Counted from the first letter of the stretch, positions 40,491 to 53,825 are shown. The stretch: 64,000 bases of DNA from Vicugna vicugna (GCA_013265495.1 MU057947.1:1387070-1451069); one strand, 5' to 3'. Made by a program: numbers and translations. The notes: generated from the sequence alone by a model not told the origin.

Positions 40491-41101
40491 TGTTGCCGAA
40501 CCAAACTGGGTCCACTTGCCCGCGTGCAGTAAAGTCAGTCAGCTGATCCCGGGCTCTGGCGGAGGAAGGTGCAGTGTTCAGTGGAGGCGCCCAGCGAGGA
40601 GAACGGGCCGCTGGTGCTGAACAGACCCGAGCTCCCCGAAGGCTTTCAGGGAAAGGTTTTTAAAGGCAGGCTGAGGGGGGGTGCAGGGTGTGACCAGCTC
40701 CTGGACGCCCTTCAGGCTGGCTGGGGGCGAGGGTGCCGGGGTCAGCGTCTGCAACCTTCCGGTCCCAGCTGGTCTGGGCTCCGCGTGCTGGTGGGCAGCA
40801 CCGCCTGGGGGGGCTCCGTCTCTGCCAGACAGCTCTAGGCCAGGGCGCGGGACGCCGTGTGCAGCCCGTGGGGAGGAGCCAGAGGTCCTTGACTTTGTTT
40901 ATGGCTAAACTGTTACTGTTTTGTCTTGCTTGGCTGTTTCCCTTTGTTTCTGCATTTTCTCACTTCTCTGCTTAAACTTACTCTTTGGAACTCAGAGAAG
41001 TTTTAGAGACAAAGGGTTTTCTACAGACAAGAGGCAGGTGGAGGACATGGGGGTGGGGGTACCTGTCCCAGGAAGTCCCCATAGGGTCCTGCTCAGTTAC
41101 A
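40491..41101 (-). mobile_element. ERV1-class solo LTR, full length
   Basis: TG...CA termini (tgttgccgaa...ctcagttaca); 4-bp flanks aacg/aacc fit a decayed TSD; internal ggctttcagggaaaggtttttaaaggca and gtccttgactttgtttatggctaaact resemble laurasiatherian ERV1 LTRs. Confidence 0.8.
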
Positions 41102-41189
41102 AACCCACTTAGCCCTAGGAGTGAAAAGGGCAGATAATAAAGCTGAGCAGGGGTCTGCGCACGCGCTGGGGCAGTGGGATGACAGAAGA

Positions 41190-41385
41190 GGCTAACGTTT
41201 ACTGGAACGGCCTGTGTGACGGTCCCCAGTCCAGGAACTGTGTTAGCTCCTTCAAGTCCCCGAGGTATGGGCCGATGCCATCACTGTGCGGTGAGGAGAC
41301 AGAGGCCCGCGGAGAGAAACGACGTGCCCAAGGCCACAGCTACCTGCGGGCAGAGGCTCGGGGTTGGGGGGGAACGCAGAGCCGG
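41190..41385 (-). mobile_element. MIR SINE, degenerate
   Basis: gtgaggagacagaggcccgcggagagaaacgacgtgcccaaggccacagcta. Confidence 0.7.
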
Positions 41386-42464
41386 CCCTGGCCAGCTGTC
41401 CCCCGGCGGCTCCTCCAGGCTTGTGAGGGATGTGCCTAGGTGACCGTCTAGGTTTCCTGCATGGAACCTGGAGTTGCTGTGACGTCAGGGATGGAACAAA
41501 GCGGGAATCCGATTAAACGAGGCGGGCTTGGGGCCCCGTCCCCAGAGCTACGCTGTGTCCTCAGGCAAATTGATGAATGTCTCCTGCCCCAGCATCTGTG
41601 CCTTTGTACTGGGCGGGCTGGGAGAGCAGGAGTAGAAGCGTCACCGTGGCATCTGAGGCCTGAACGTGCTCAGCCGGGGGTGCCTGTCACGTGGATGGTG
41701 ACAGAGGCCCCAGGGCCCTGCAGGGCCCCGGCCGGAGAGGGCAGGCAGAGGATGGCCTGGGTGCTTTGCATCCACACCCCCAGATGGGCAGGGTGTTCAC
41801 TCCTGGGTCTCTTCCGTGACCCCTTCTGCTCCTGCAATTTCTGGTCACTGGGACCCTCAAACCAGCTCCCACAAGGTCCGCCGAGCGCATTCCATCCTCA
41901 GTGGCTGGAGCCCCTCAACGGTTGTCCGCTAGTCCCCTCCCCAGGCCTCAGGCCCGAGGCCCTGTGTCTCCACACTAATTCCCAGCCCACAGCCCTCAAA
42001 CCTCCAAGGACGAGGGTCTGCTGCCTCCTTGGGGTCCGGACCTGCAGCCACTGTATTTCTCTTTCTTTGGCTGATCCTCAGCCCTGGGCATCGGGGGGCA
42101 CGAAATAACACGTGAACTGACGGCCCCGGCTGGACCAGGCGTCCGCAGTGCCTGCTGGGCCCGGCCTGCAGGGAGCCTTCATCTTTCCCCTGGGATGTCG
42201 GTAGAATTCCTTAGATAGAGCCAAGCAGCCGGCTCTCCGAGGTGCTTCCCGAACATCCACGAGGGTAAGAAGTTTCTGAGCGACATGTTCCAGGCCCCGG
42301 CCAGGCCCCACCTCAGCCTGGGGGGCTGTCTGTGTGCTCAGGCCCCGGGGACACCACCCAGGGGCAGTCGGGTGGGTGGGAGGGTGCCCACCCCTCCACC
42401 AGTCCTGTCCCCTGCTGTGCAGAAGAGGCCACAGATTTAGAACTTAAAGAAACGTGACTTTTGC

Positions 42465-42903
42465 TGTTACACTAGGATGCACAGTGTTCCCTCCTCCAAA
42501 ATTCACGTCCACCAGAAGCTCAGAATGTGACCTTGTCTGGAAACAGGGTCTTGGCAGATGTGAGTAGTTACGATGAGGTCATACCAGGGTAGGGACCTTC
42601 AGTCCACTAGGGCTAGCGTCCCTGTTAGAAGAGGAGACACGCACCCAGAGGAGAGGAGCCACGTGAGACGAGGCAGAGGAGGCGGACGTGTCCGGAGGCC
42701 AGGGGGCTCTGGGGACTCCCGGCAGCACCTGGAGTCCAGGAGGGGGCCAGGGACGGAGTCTCGCTCAGCACCTCCAGCAGGAAGCAACCCCAACACCTTG
42801 ATTTCACCTTGACTGAAGCCTCCAGACAGCGAGAGAACACGTTTCTGTCGCTGTAAGGCCCGCGGTATGGGATGATTTACAACAGTCCTGGGAAACTGAC
42901 ACA
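42465..42903 (+). mobile_element. MLT1B/C-like MaLR solo LTR
   Basis: ccaaaattcacgtccaccagaagctcagaatgtgaccttgtctggaaacagggtcttggcagatg...gatgaggtcatac...acaccttgatttc...ggaaactgacaca. Confidence 0.85.
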
Positions 42904-45342
42904 CGTCCACCAGCAGAAGCTGGAAAACTTCTCCGCCTGGATTCTTAACAAATCCACTTCTGTGAGGACAACCCGGGGCGGCCAGCCCCGCCGCCTCACC
43001 CACCTGTGCGTCCGGAAGGAAGAGAGAGCCTTGTACTCACGGCTGAAAAGCACTTCGTGCAGCGTTCAGAGAAGAGCGACAGCGAGTCACCGGGGTTAAT
43101 CACACTTGAGAAGCGATTCAAACACACATTTTGAGAACAAAGAAAGCGTCCTTCAGAAACGAGAACTTATGGACACTTGGAAACAGAAGGGGTCCGTGTT
43201 CTCTCAGAGTCGGTGCTTTCGGGCTGTGGGGGAGCCCTCCCTCCTCGGAAATGAAGTGGAGCGGGCCCCTAACTGTCCGCATCTTCCTCTTGATCGCTTT
43301 TAAGAGCGGGAGAGCCGGCCGGAGCGAACTGGAGAAGCCAGGATGTGCAGGCACGTCGGAGACCCGGCCCCTCGGTCCCCTCCCCAGGACGTGGACTTTG
43401 CATCGACGAGCCTGTTTTCCTCTCACGACTGCGGGGCAGGCCTCTTCTGCAGCTTGGTGTCTGGGACATTTTCAAGCCTTTTTGTTACAATATTAGTAGC
43501 AGCCTCAGCAGGGCTGGCCTCGCGCCGAGACGGCAGCTTCGCCGCTATCTGGGCTAATTAATGGGCTGCAGTGCAGTCCTCAGCCTAAACCTGTCCTTTT
43601 GTGACTCTCCTGAGCCGGCCTGTACGGGCGGAAGCGCTTCTCCCGTGGGAGCGGTGGGTGGGAGGCGGCGGCAGGTTGGTTTTGCACGTGGAAACTCACC
43701 TCCCACGCCCCACGGCTGACAGACCTGATCCGGCAGCGGTGAAGCCCAGGCCCTGCGAGCCCACGAGGATGTCCTAACTCCCAGAGTAAAGCCGGGGGTC
43801 CCGCTGTTCTCATGGACCCCTTCCCTGAGTGACCCGCTTTCTGGCCTCGGCTCTGATGTTTCTCCCATGGTGGTGGCTTCCCTGCCCGCCGAAGGAGCTA
43901 TTCAAACAAGCCCGTCACATCCTCCGCGGGAACCGAGGGGCACCCGCCCTCCTGCTACCACGGAGCCTCCTCCCGCAGCCCCTGGCGGTGCCTTGGTTCA
44001 CAGAGCCAGCCCCGAGCACCCCTGTCCTGGCAGCTGGTGCCTCCTCCCTGGGCTGCCAGTCTGGGTGGCAGACAAATCGCCATCCGTCTCTGTGGGCGTC
44101 ACGCTTTCAGCTGTCCCCAGACCCTCCCTCCCTCCCTCCTCCGCCAGCAGAACATCCCAACGTGATCCCCACCGGCGGCTTCTGGCCGAGGGAAGTCGGA
44201 CCCCGTGCGAGGCTTCAGAGGACACCTTCACCCCGCCCAGTGCAGGTCAGCTGGGTGGAGTCCTGTCCCGATCCTTGTCCAAACCGAGTGAAGTCCCTTC
44301 AGTTTCACTTGGAAGAAACGACCCAGGGCTCACTGGTGGTCCTTCTCCCGTGAGGAGCAGGCAGCTCAGTCCTCCGGCCTGGCCACGGCGGATCGCTGGT
44401 GTGAACCCCACGCGTTATCCCGGCACATCCCGGAGCCTTTGCCCGCCTCTCGGTCCTTCTTCTACAGCGGGACCTGCTTGCAGACGCGGAGGGCGGCGGG
44501 CAGCCTCCAGTCTGAGTGAGCTCTGAGTGCGCGTGTGGAGGTCGGGCTCCAGGCACAGACTGCCCGCGGCCCCACTCCCGCCGCCTTGGGACTGATGGGC
44601 TGACAGTCCGTCCTGCGCTCAGGAGCAGGTGAGGCTCCTTGGCCTGGAGGCCGCCTCCAGCCCGTAGGACATTCTCTCCACTTGGCTGAGAAGGTGCCAT
44701 TGCCTCTCGGGCCCTGAGATGGTCCCCGGGGAGGGAGGTCTCCCGACTCCCGGCGGATGCTCCTCCGCAGGCTTCTGACCAGCGCTCCCCCTCCGTGTCC
44801 GCCGCGGGCTCCGCGTCTGCCTCCCGCTCACCGGAGCTTTCTGTTTGCACGTCTCCTGGGAGGGTCACTGGTAGAACCCCTGATGTGGCAGATTTTATTT
44901 TCGAAATTCGGCTGCAACAATGTCTCCCGTCACATGCGCTCTCTGTACTGACTTTGCCAGGCTCCTGGCTGGAAGTGGGGTCCAGTGCCCCCCGGTCTCC
45001 CCTGGAACCTAGGTGGGTTTACCACCTTGATTTGCGCAGTAGAACAGAGAGTCAGTTACCAGGTGAGAAACACAGCATCTCGGACAACCGTGTGTGAATC
45101 GTGCAGGCCGCGCGAGGGCTCTGCTCTGATGACGAGACGCTATGTGGACAGAGAGACAGACACAGACACACACACACCGAGGGGCACTGCTCACCTCCCA
45201 GCTGACGCCCCTCGAGGCAGAGGAAACACACCCCAGCCAAGCCCAGCCCGTGTTCCTGAACATGAAACTGTTCGAAAACGCAGTGGTTTTAGATGACTCG
45301 GTTTTCAGATGGCTTCTGAAGCAGCAATGAATAATTAAAATA

Positions 45343-45564
45343 TTGGGAGAAGGGGGTTTGCAGATACACGCGGCTATATATAGCACAGACACACAGGTTT
45401 CTTCTGTACCGCACGGGGAGCTCTATGCAGTGTCTTGTAGTGACCTGCAATGAAAAAGAACATGAAAAGGGACACGTGTCTGTGTGTGTGTGACTGACAC
45501 GTTATGCTGTGCACCAGAAATTGACACAACATTGTCAGCTGACTGCTTCAGTAAAAAAAAAAAA
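45343..45564 (+). mobile_element. 5'-truncated artiodactyl/camelid L1 3' end with poly(A)
   Basis: tttgcagatacac...tatgctgtgcaccagaaattgacacaacattgtcagctgactgcttcagtaaaaaaaaaaaa. Confidence 0.8.
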
Positions 45565-46800
45565 GAAGCGAAATAAATATAAATCGAAAAACATACGTAC
45601 ACTCCCAACAGCCACAGGTAGTTGAAGTTCAGCAGAGTTGCGAGCATCTCCCCTGCCTCCTCCACTTATCCTGGGGACGATTTTCCACTTCTAAATAATA
45701 ACTATTTCAGAAAAGGAGCACTTTGGAGACAAATGTTCGGTTCCTCGGAGGGAAGCAAGGACACGAGGAAGGATGCCAAAGGCTGCGGGTCAGAAGCATC
45801 GTTTCCCGGAGCTGAGAAACCCTCGGAGGTCATCCGGTGGTTATCAGGGTGAGTCCTGGGGGCCCCAGGTCCACCAGCGATGCGTCACCTGCCACCTCCC
45901 CCGGCCCCTCCCCCTGCCCCTGACTTGCAGGGGGCTGTGTCCCACCTCCATGCGTGTCACCTGCTGGGTTCCAGGATTTTATGTTCCAGTGGTTCTTCTC
46001 TGTAAAATTCGGAAAGCCACCAACCTTGTTGCCCACAGCTCACGTGAAGCCTGTTACGTTGCAGGTGGGAAGGAAGACTCACGTGCTGGGAAAGCTTCAT
46101 CAGGACGGGTGATTCACAGCCCGGAGTCCAGCCACAGGCCCACGTCCTTCCTCCACGTCACATGGCTCTTCCTTGTGAGCACTGGAACCACCGACAGCTG
46201 CGTGCACACCTGGGGGCCCGAGGGCAGGCTCTCCCACAGCCAGGCCCTCCCGGCCAGCATCGTGGCCTTGCCCTGTGGAAGCTGCTCCAACACAGGTGTA
46301 AACCAGCCGGTAAACGGGTGGCTGTGATCACATACAGATCTGTCATGACTTAGCTGATTGGAACTCACAGGCTTCCCTCCGAGAGAGCCCTGCTAAGTGA
46401 GACTGGACTGAATCAATTTCCCTTTAAAGTAGACACTTTCCATCAGCAGAACTGCACACTCAGGAACTTGAGAGGTTACATGCTGTAGGGGGGGAAAGGC
46501 TGTGTGGATGTAAGCTTTTTACTGAGAGGCCCTGAAGAGCCCCCTCTGTGCTTCAGCGATGCCGAGAAAGGCGCCTCCAAGTGGAGCGACAGACTTCATC
46601 CGTGTCAGGAACCAACAACACGAAACTTTGCTCTGCCCGCCTGCCATCCCTGAGCCAGGGTCCCTCGGGTGTTCTTTCTTCAGGGGCTGGGCAGAGCCCA
46701 CCCCCCAGGCCCCCATCATGGCGCTGGCAGCCAGACCCCCTAGTAGCCAGCCCATGCCTGAGTTCCACCTCCCGGTGCCTCGAGGGATGGTCCTGGGCCT

Positions 46801-47303
46801 TGTCGACTGAAATAAAATGCTCAGCCTAAAAGCTGAGAGTCATGCTTTATTCGGCAGACTTCCTGAGGACCTGAGCCCGGGACACAGCCTCTCGGAGGGC
46901 TCTGAGGGACGGCTCCGGAGAGGCCGGGAGGGGCCAGGACACGTGGGAGTTTTTACCACAAAGGCCAGGCAGTCGGAACATCAAAAGATGACGGTTAATG
47001 AAAGAAAGCCAGACGTCTCAAGTCAAGGGATTTAGCACTTTTCTGCATATGGACGGTGCAAAGGGCTGGGCTCATCGAAATCCTTCCTCTGATGTGCACC
47101 TATCTCTCTAGGGCCAGTGTCCTGTGCTTTCCCGTCCTGAGTCCCCTCAGGGGCACCGCTGGGGGCGGCAGCAGAGGCCGGGCTGCCTGCTGGTCTCCGT
47201 CCTGAGTCCCCTCCGCGCACTGTCGGGGCGGGCGCAGCGGCTGAGGACCTGATGGCCTCAGTGTCCTTGTTTACTGATGTGGCTGCAAGGTGTTTCATAC
47301 ACA
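46801..47303 (-). mobile_element. MER41-like (cetartiodactyl) ERV1 solo LTR
   Basis: tgtcgactgaaataaaatgctcagcctaaaagctgagagtcatgctttattcggc...catacaca; TG...CA ends; flanks gcct/ggct; AATAAA on the minus strand near the U5 end; internal duplicated ccgtcctgagtcccctc. Confidence 0.75.
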
Positions 47304-50300
47304 GGCTGCACATGTGTGTCTTGTCAAAGGAAAGAAAGCTTTCTAGATAGAAAAGCAGACCATGAAGACAAACTAGAAGGTGGAGAGAAACGCACACATT
47401 CAACGAAAACGGGTTTGGATACTGAAGAACCCCACTTCGTAACAGTGTGTGACCCCCGCCTCAGAATGGCGGGAAGCACGCTGGGGGACACGTTTTGATC
47501 GATGCACAAAAACTGGCTTTCAGGCCAATACTTCTGCAAGTATTTTTCACGCTACGTAGTTCTGTGCTGACATCGGCACAATGCACTGTCAGTAAGAAAG
47601 TGTTTTTTAGCAATTGCTTGAGTTATGAAACTTAGAGTCCTTAGGGAAGTAAATTGGGTTACATCCAACAAATTAAAGATGATCGATAGTTAATTTCAAG
47701 GGCATATTTAATCAATTTCATTCAACTGGACTCTGATTAAATACAAAATATTATTCAGTGTTGCTCAGCTTTTACATAAGCTGTTTTAATGTTGACGTTT
47801 TCTATAACTACATTTGTTTTAATTACTTCTGGTTACCCATTAATAGCTGTATTTTAATGTTTATATTTAAAACATCTCGGCTCAATGTTGCTACTAGGTA
47901 GAAAACAACCTCCCTTTACTTTTCTTCTCGAGCCTGTATTTTTCAAGAAATCAAATGAAATAGCTCGAGTCATCAGTCTCAATTTACTTTAAAAAACTTT
48001 AAACAGCAAAAATGAAAAGTCATAGATATTGTTTCCACGTTGACTTGCATGTAAATGATACTGTCAGCTTATCGCTTACTGTTTAGGGACGGGGAGTCTT
48101 ATAAAAATCAAAGGGAAGCCAGCCAAGACCAAGCTACCGACCTGAGACCTTTCATCATTTATGTACAGAAATACCGTTCCTTCCGCACTGAAGCTCGGGA
48201 AGACCTTCCGGTCTTTGCAGATCTGCCGGCTCCCTTTGGCCGATCCCACCTGAACTTCCCTCGCTCCTGGGCCCCCTCCATCCTCCTCTCTGGGGACTCT
48301 CCATCCCCAGTCACGTGGGGGGTTCCGTGCTCACAGTGACAAACAGTTCGAGTGTTGTCGCTGTGTGTGACCTCGGGGCCCACAACTCCACCCTGGAGCC
48401 AGGGCAGCCCAGGAGGTTCATGCTGCGTGGAGCCCCCGCCGAGGCCGCCCCAGACGAAGGGTCCAGGAGACCAACACGAGGCTGCCCTCCCGGCTCAGAG
48501 ACGCTCAGGTCTGAGAACTCTCACTTGTCAGCAGCGACGGCTCTGTTTATCGAACACCCACTCTGCCTCACATGCAGCACCCAGCTGTCACCCTGTACCA
48601 CTCAGCGCAGCTCGGGGGCCTATGATCCCCGAGGGAGACGCAGGGAGGTGTGAGGGCACAGGGCCCCCCGGGTCAGGACAAGCTTTGGCCCACGCCCGCC
48701 TTTTCCAGAAGCAGCCTCGTAAATGGAAGCCTGCTTTGCAGGCGAGATGCTGAGGCAGGGGTGGTCCTGGGCTCTGAGTCTCAGCACCTCTGGGGGAGGG
48801 TGTGACCCCACTCTCTTACCAGCGATGCTCACACGAGCGACGAGATGGACATCGGCTGTTGGGACTTTCCATCCTGGAGCCTGTAATCCCTGTGGTGGAT
48901 GCCTGGCTGCCGTGGTCCTGAAGACCTTGCCTCTCCTGAGCCGTCATGCAGTCACCTGCTCTGACCCAGGCCCCGATCTCGGCACCAGGGACGCCCAGGT
49001 ACTGAAAAGACCCCACCGCTGCTCCAGTCCTGCTCGGTCAGTGCCAAGAATGACTCACCCTGGGCACTTTTCACGGCAGCGGCTCCGTGGGCAGGGGTCC
49101 TGACTAGCAGTGCTGGGATCAGAAGGGCGACTCGTCCTGGAGGCACGGGAACCCCCCACCCACTTGGTCAGGCAGACCTGCCCCCACCTGTCACACCCTC
49201 AGCCCTGATCGCCCCCAGGGCCCCTCTGCGGCCCCCAGAGCCTAAGGCATGCCTCCTGAGGTGCGTCACCGTGCCGATCGTTTCCCTGGAGGATAAACTC
49301 CCGACAGGAACAGCCTTCTCAACTGAGATGTCGTCTTTTATTCAATGACTCCTGGTAACAACAGGGCCTGACGTTCACTTGGCCTCTCGCCTGCACCCAG
49401 TCAGGCATCGATGTCTCAGAGCAACTGATGTGCGAGTTGCGGGGCGGGGGTGGGAAGGATGGACGGGCTTCGTTTAGGGTGTGCTGGCAGCGGGCACGTA
49501 CAGAAACCGCCGCCAAGACCAGCCCCGCGGTGCGCGCTGCGGCGGTGGAGGGGCAGGGCAGGTGTCCCTGCAGGGACAGAGCTGGCTGCCTCGCTCGCTC
49601 TGCTGGGAGAGAGCCGCCGCCAAGGGGGGAGCGCGGATCAGGTTTCGTCCTGGCCGAGTGTGGCCGGTCGGGGTGTCAGACTGCTCCAGGAAGCGCTCAG
49701 ACTGCCCTGGCAACGGCACGCGTCTCTGTCAGTGCTGGGGACTCGCAGGCAGCGCCGCGGGGCAGAGCCCCGCCGGCTGAGCGGGGGCGGGGGGCGGTGC
49801 AGAGCACGCTCAGGTGCCGGGCGCTCCACACATCTCACCGGGCGGTGAGACTTGCTTCCTCGTCAGAACCCACATCACATCCACAATTTCTGGGCCGCTG
49901 AAGGGCACGCAGCCTGTTTCCCAGGTGACCAGGTGCTGGTGGGAGCAGAGCCTCTGCTTGGGTCTGGTCTGCGTGGACTCGGGCTTATCCCTCACACAGG
50001 TCGGGGAGCTGGGTCTGGGGGGTCAGTGCGCCCCTGCTCCCCGCCGAGGAGTCGGCAGAGCCCGAGCCCCTCTCTGTGGTGTGAGGGTCCCAAGCTCAGC
50101 CCTTCTGCCCACCGCAGGCTGAAGAAGAGGCTCTTCAGATCCTGGGGTGGGACTGACCCTAAGTTGACACGTAACCCGGCAGAGACCTCAAAAACTGCCT
50201 CCCTGGTGCTCCTGGTTCCGAGGCGGGCAAGCTCGCCGTCCTGCCACCCTCAGGAGGCCCTCCACCGCCGCCCACACCCGCTGTCTCCTTTTATCCCAGA

Positions 50301-50579
50301 GCAGCGTGTGCATGTGTGTGTGTCTGTCTGGGACGTGGATGTGGACCTGAGTGTGTGTGAACGTGAGAGCACACGTGTGTACTGTGTATTTGTGTGTGTG
50401 TCTCGCCCAAAGGTGCGGTCCGGGAGGTGAGGACCACAGGACGTCCATTAGAGCGTCTCCAGTCATGCTTAGCACGACTCTGCAGAGAGAAGGCATTCAT
50501 TGTTTAAAATACAATGCCTTTCTGCCTTCTGCAGAAAGAATCCAGATGATTTCCATAACGTCTAGATTTATGTTTAGAA

Positions 50580-52260
50580 AACGTGAAAATTATTGGTTGC
50601 TAAGGAAACTACTTTCTGAAAATGATCAATAGAAGCTGATGGCCAAAGGTAGCATTCTTTGTTTGGATGGAAAATTACCCTCCTCCCCAGACTGAAGGAA
50701 ATACACATACACATAGGTGCATACATACTTGGGCATACACCCCGCACACACACAAAACCACAGACGTGGTACTGCATTCGTGTACAGATGTACCAGTGAG
50801 ATCCCTTACTGTTTTTTAAACCACCTTACAGTTTACTTAATAAGGTAGGAGCAGATTTAGGAAGAGGGCACGGATCCGGAGCGATGCTCCCGCTAAGAAC
50901 CCAGCAAGCTGCTCTCTGCCCTTGCCAGCCCCCAGACTTCACGTAACTGGGCAGATACGGCACAATCAAGCTACAAAATGTATTAAAAACACCAGCAGGA
51001 TTCTTTGTTCGAATTAACTGTGTGATTCTAAAGTTTATATGGCCCATCAAAGAGTTAAGGATAGACCATCAAGAAAATAAAGAATTTTTAAAATCTAAGG
51101 CATTTATACTACGGAATATGAAGACATATTACAGAGCAATAGCCGTGATGGCCGTGTGGTGTGGGAACAGGGGCCGAAACACGGGGAGAGACCCTGGAAG
51201 CAGACCCGAGCTTCCCCAGTCACCTGACTTATAACAAAGACAAAACTGCGATGAAGGTGGAAAAAACGCTGGTCCTTTTCAAAAGTGATGATGGTCCATG
51301 GGTGTCTCCAAGGGGAAAATGAATCTCGACCCCTATGTCATCCCATCTGCAAAAAGCCAATAATAAGCTCCCAACAGATCAGAAACTTAACTGTGGAAGA
51401 TAAGACAGTAAAACTTTTAGACAACAACATTGGGAAAGTAAGATTACAGGGTAGGCAAAGATTTCGTAAACTGAAACAAGCCTTTCCCATGAAAGAGAAA
51501 CTTGATAAATTAGGCTACATTGAAATTCAACCTTTTCATCCTCAAAAGACCCCACCACGAACGTGGGGAGGCAGGCGGAAGTGACGTTCGGACGGCGCGC
51601 AACATGAAGCACGGCTCGTGGTTGGAATGTGGCAAGGACTCCTACAGATCGGTGAGACAGAGGAAGGCCAGTTTAGAAATGGGCCAATACCTTGACCAGG
51701 CACTTTACAGAAATGATTATCCAAATTGATACTGAACGTGAAAAGAAGTGTTCAGGGCTGGCACTCATCAGGAGATGCAAATTAGAACCGCAGTGGGACA
51801 TCAAACGCCCCCACGAGGGAGGCTGTGGCAGGGGCCAGAAGTAGCAACGGTCAGGGGATGTCTGAGGCACTGGGGGCTCGTCGGGTCTTGGTTGGGGAGG
51901 GAACTGGTGTCATCGCCTTGCGGAGCAGTCTGGTGGTGTCAGTGAAAAGTGAACAGGTGCCCTCTTAGGTGTTTAGTGGACGGAAATGTGTGCACGTGCT
52001 CCCCGGAGAGCGCACAGTCACAGCAGCTCACTCCCACGTGCCCCCAGATTGTGAGCAACCCAAATGTCCACTGGCAACAGAAGGGCCGGGTAAACTGTGC
52101 CATGAGCCACCAATGGGAGGTGGTGCACGGAGTTGAAGAGGGACATTACAACTGGCCACGCCCCCTTAGATGGACCCCACCCCCATGTAATGTCTAGGGC
52201 AAGAAGCCAGATGCAAACATGGGTGGTGGCTGCACACTCCCTGACACTCACGCATCAACA
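50580..52260 (+). mobile_element. Old L1 (L1M) ORF2 3' remnant, frameshifted
   Basis: ORF 51022-51234 ILKFIW...RI...KTYYRAIAVMAVW matches the L1 ORF2 motif ILKFIW...KLYYKATVTKTAWYW; downstream aaacttgataaattaggctacattgaaatt, catcaggagatgcaaattagaacc, caacccaaatgtcca. Confidence 0.85.
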
Positions 52261-52344
52261 GGTGTGACTTTGTGCCGCTGGGATCTTGACGGGGGTTTGG
52301 GTGACCCCAAGTCCCGGCTCTGAAGCATGATTTATATTGTTCTT

Positions 52345-52578
52345 TTTTTTTTAAACATTTTTATTGATTTATAATCATTTTACAGTGTGTCAAATTCCAG
52401 TGTAGATCACAGTTTTTCAGTTATACATGAACATATATATATTCATTGTCACATTTTTTCTCCATGAGCTACCACAAGATCTTGTATATATTTCATTGTG
52501 CTATACAGTATAATCTTGTTTATCTATTCTGCATTTTGAAATCCCAGTCTGTTCCTTCCCACCCCCCACCCTCCACCC
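52345..52578 (-). mobile_element. Young camelid L1, 5'-truncated, perfect 12-bp TSD
   Basis: Poly(T) then ttattgatttataatcattttacagtgtgtcaaattccagtgtag...gagctaccacaagatcttgtatatattt...tgctatacagtataatcttg; TSD tatattgttctt at 52333-52344 and 52579-52590. Confidence 0.9.
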
Positions 52579-52639
52579 TATATTGTTCTTAAAGCAAGTG
52601 CTCTAAGCCATTCACTTGACCATTAAAAAAAATGTAATA

Positions 52640-53575
52640 ATGTGGAAAATGTGTGTCATCAAATCTCAGCCTTACCATAAATCAAAGCAATGTAAATTCA
52701 GACAATGAGAAAACTGATTTTCTTTCTCATCAAATTGGCGATTATTAGAAACATGTATTGTCTATTTTTGGAAGGTTGATGGGGACACTCTTATGCCTTG
52801 CTAGTGGGGATGTTCATGGTTGCAAATGTCTGGTGAATATTTGACAAGTGTGTATTAAATATTTAAATGGACACAGCCTTTAACCTGGCAATGCCAAATC
52901 TGCTGCTCCCTCCTGAGAAGGGTGGGGCAATTGCACAAAATTATTCATCATAACAAATGGCAGTAGACAAATAAAAGAAAACAGTAAAGCAGGAAGGTAA
53001 GAGCGGGAGAGGGACTAGAAAAAGTTCTAGTACCCTAAGAATGGACTCATCAGATAAACATGGAGCATTCACTACATGCGTGGAATGCAGTGTTACTCCG
53101 TGTACAACAGTATGTGCGTGTGTGCACGCGCACAGCAGCCGACCTTGCGGTAGCACGACTGAGGTAATCCACTTTGTAAACATCTGTGACTGTTTAACGT
53201 GCAGGACGGTGGAAGGCCCGATTCCAAAGCGTGCCCAGGGAGCTTGGGGGCGGGTAGTGGCGCTGTGCATTTTCATACGGTCGGTGCTTTTGTGTGGAAG
53301 GTATTTTAGGCACATGCCTGTTCTCCTTGCACACCTGATGGAGAAGACACAGCCGTGTGTAAGACGCACACGCCGGCGCGGGAGGTGCGGGAGGAGGCCC
53401 GGGCGCTGGGCCGAGCGCGCTGGCCGCTGAGCGGCTCCGCCGGGAACCGTGCAGAGCAGAGCGGCTGCAGTAAGGGGATGGGGTGTGCTTTTTAAACCTA
53501 TTTTTGTACTTTGTAAGTTCACATTTTTTTGAGCACAGAAACATGAAAGTGAAAACAAACAAACAAACAAAACAA
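52640..53575 (+). mobile_element. Old L1ME-type remnant (ORF2 end/3' UTR)
   Basis: atcaaagcaatgtaaattcagacaatgaga...catcaaattggc...gacactcttatgccttgctagtggggatgt...ctttaacctggcaatgcc; ends in an A-rich (aaac)n tail. Confidence 0.6.
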
Positions 53576-53825
53576 GCTCCCTGCTACCTGGAAACAAGTC
53601 ACACGAGCCAAGCTGGAGCTCGGGAAAGCCGGCCGCCCTAACGCCGGCTCACGCTGGGCCTGGGACGCGGCCTCGCTGCCGGGGACGCCGGGGATGCCAG
53701 GCCCCAGCGCGGCCCCGGGGAGCGGGGCGGCGCTCGGCCGTGGGGCCGGGGAGGGCCCGCAGCGGGACGGCTGCCTCCCCCGCGGGCCTGCTGGTCCCCG
53801 GAGGTGGTGGGTCACAGGTCACAGG

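Noticed and set aside
51022..51729. ORFs with L1 ORF2 similarity as a functional gene
   Set aside because: Fragmented by stops and frameshifts; a decayed L1.
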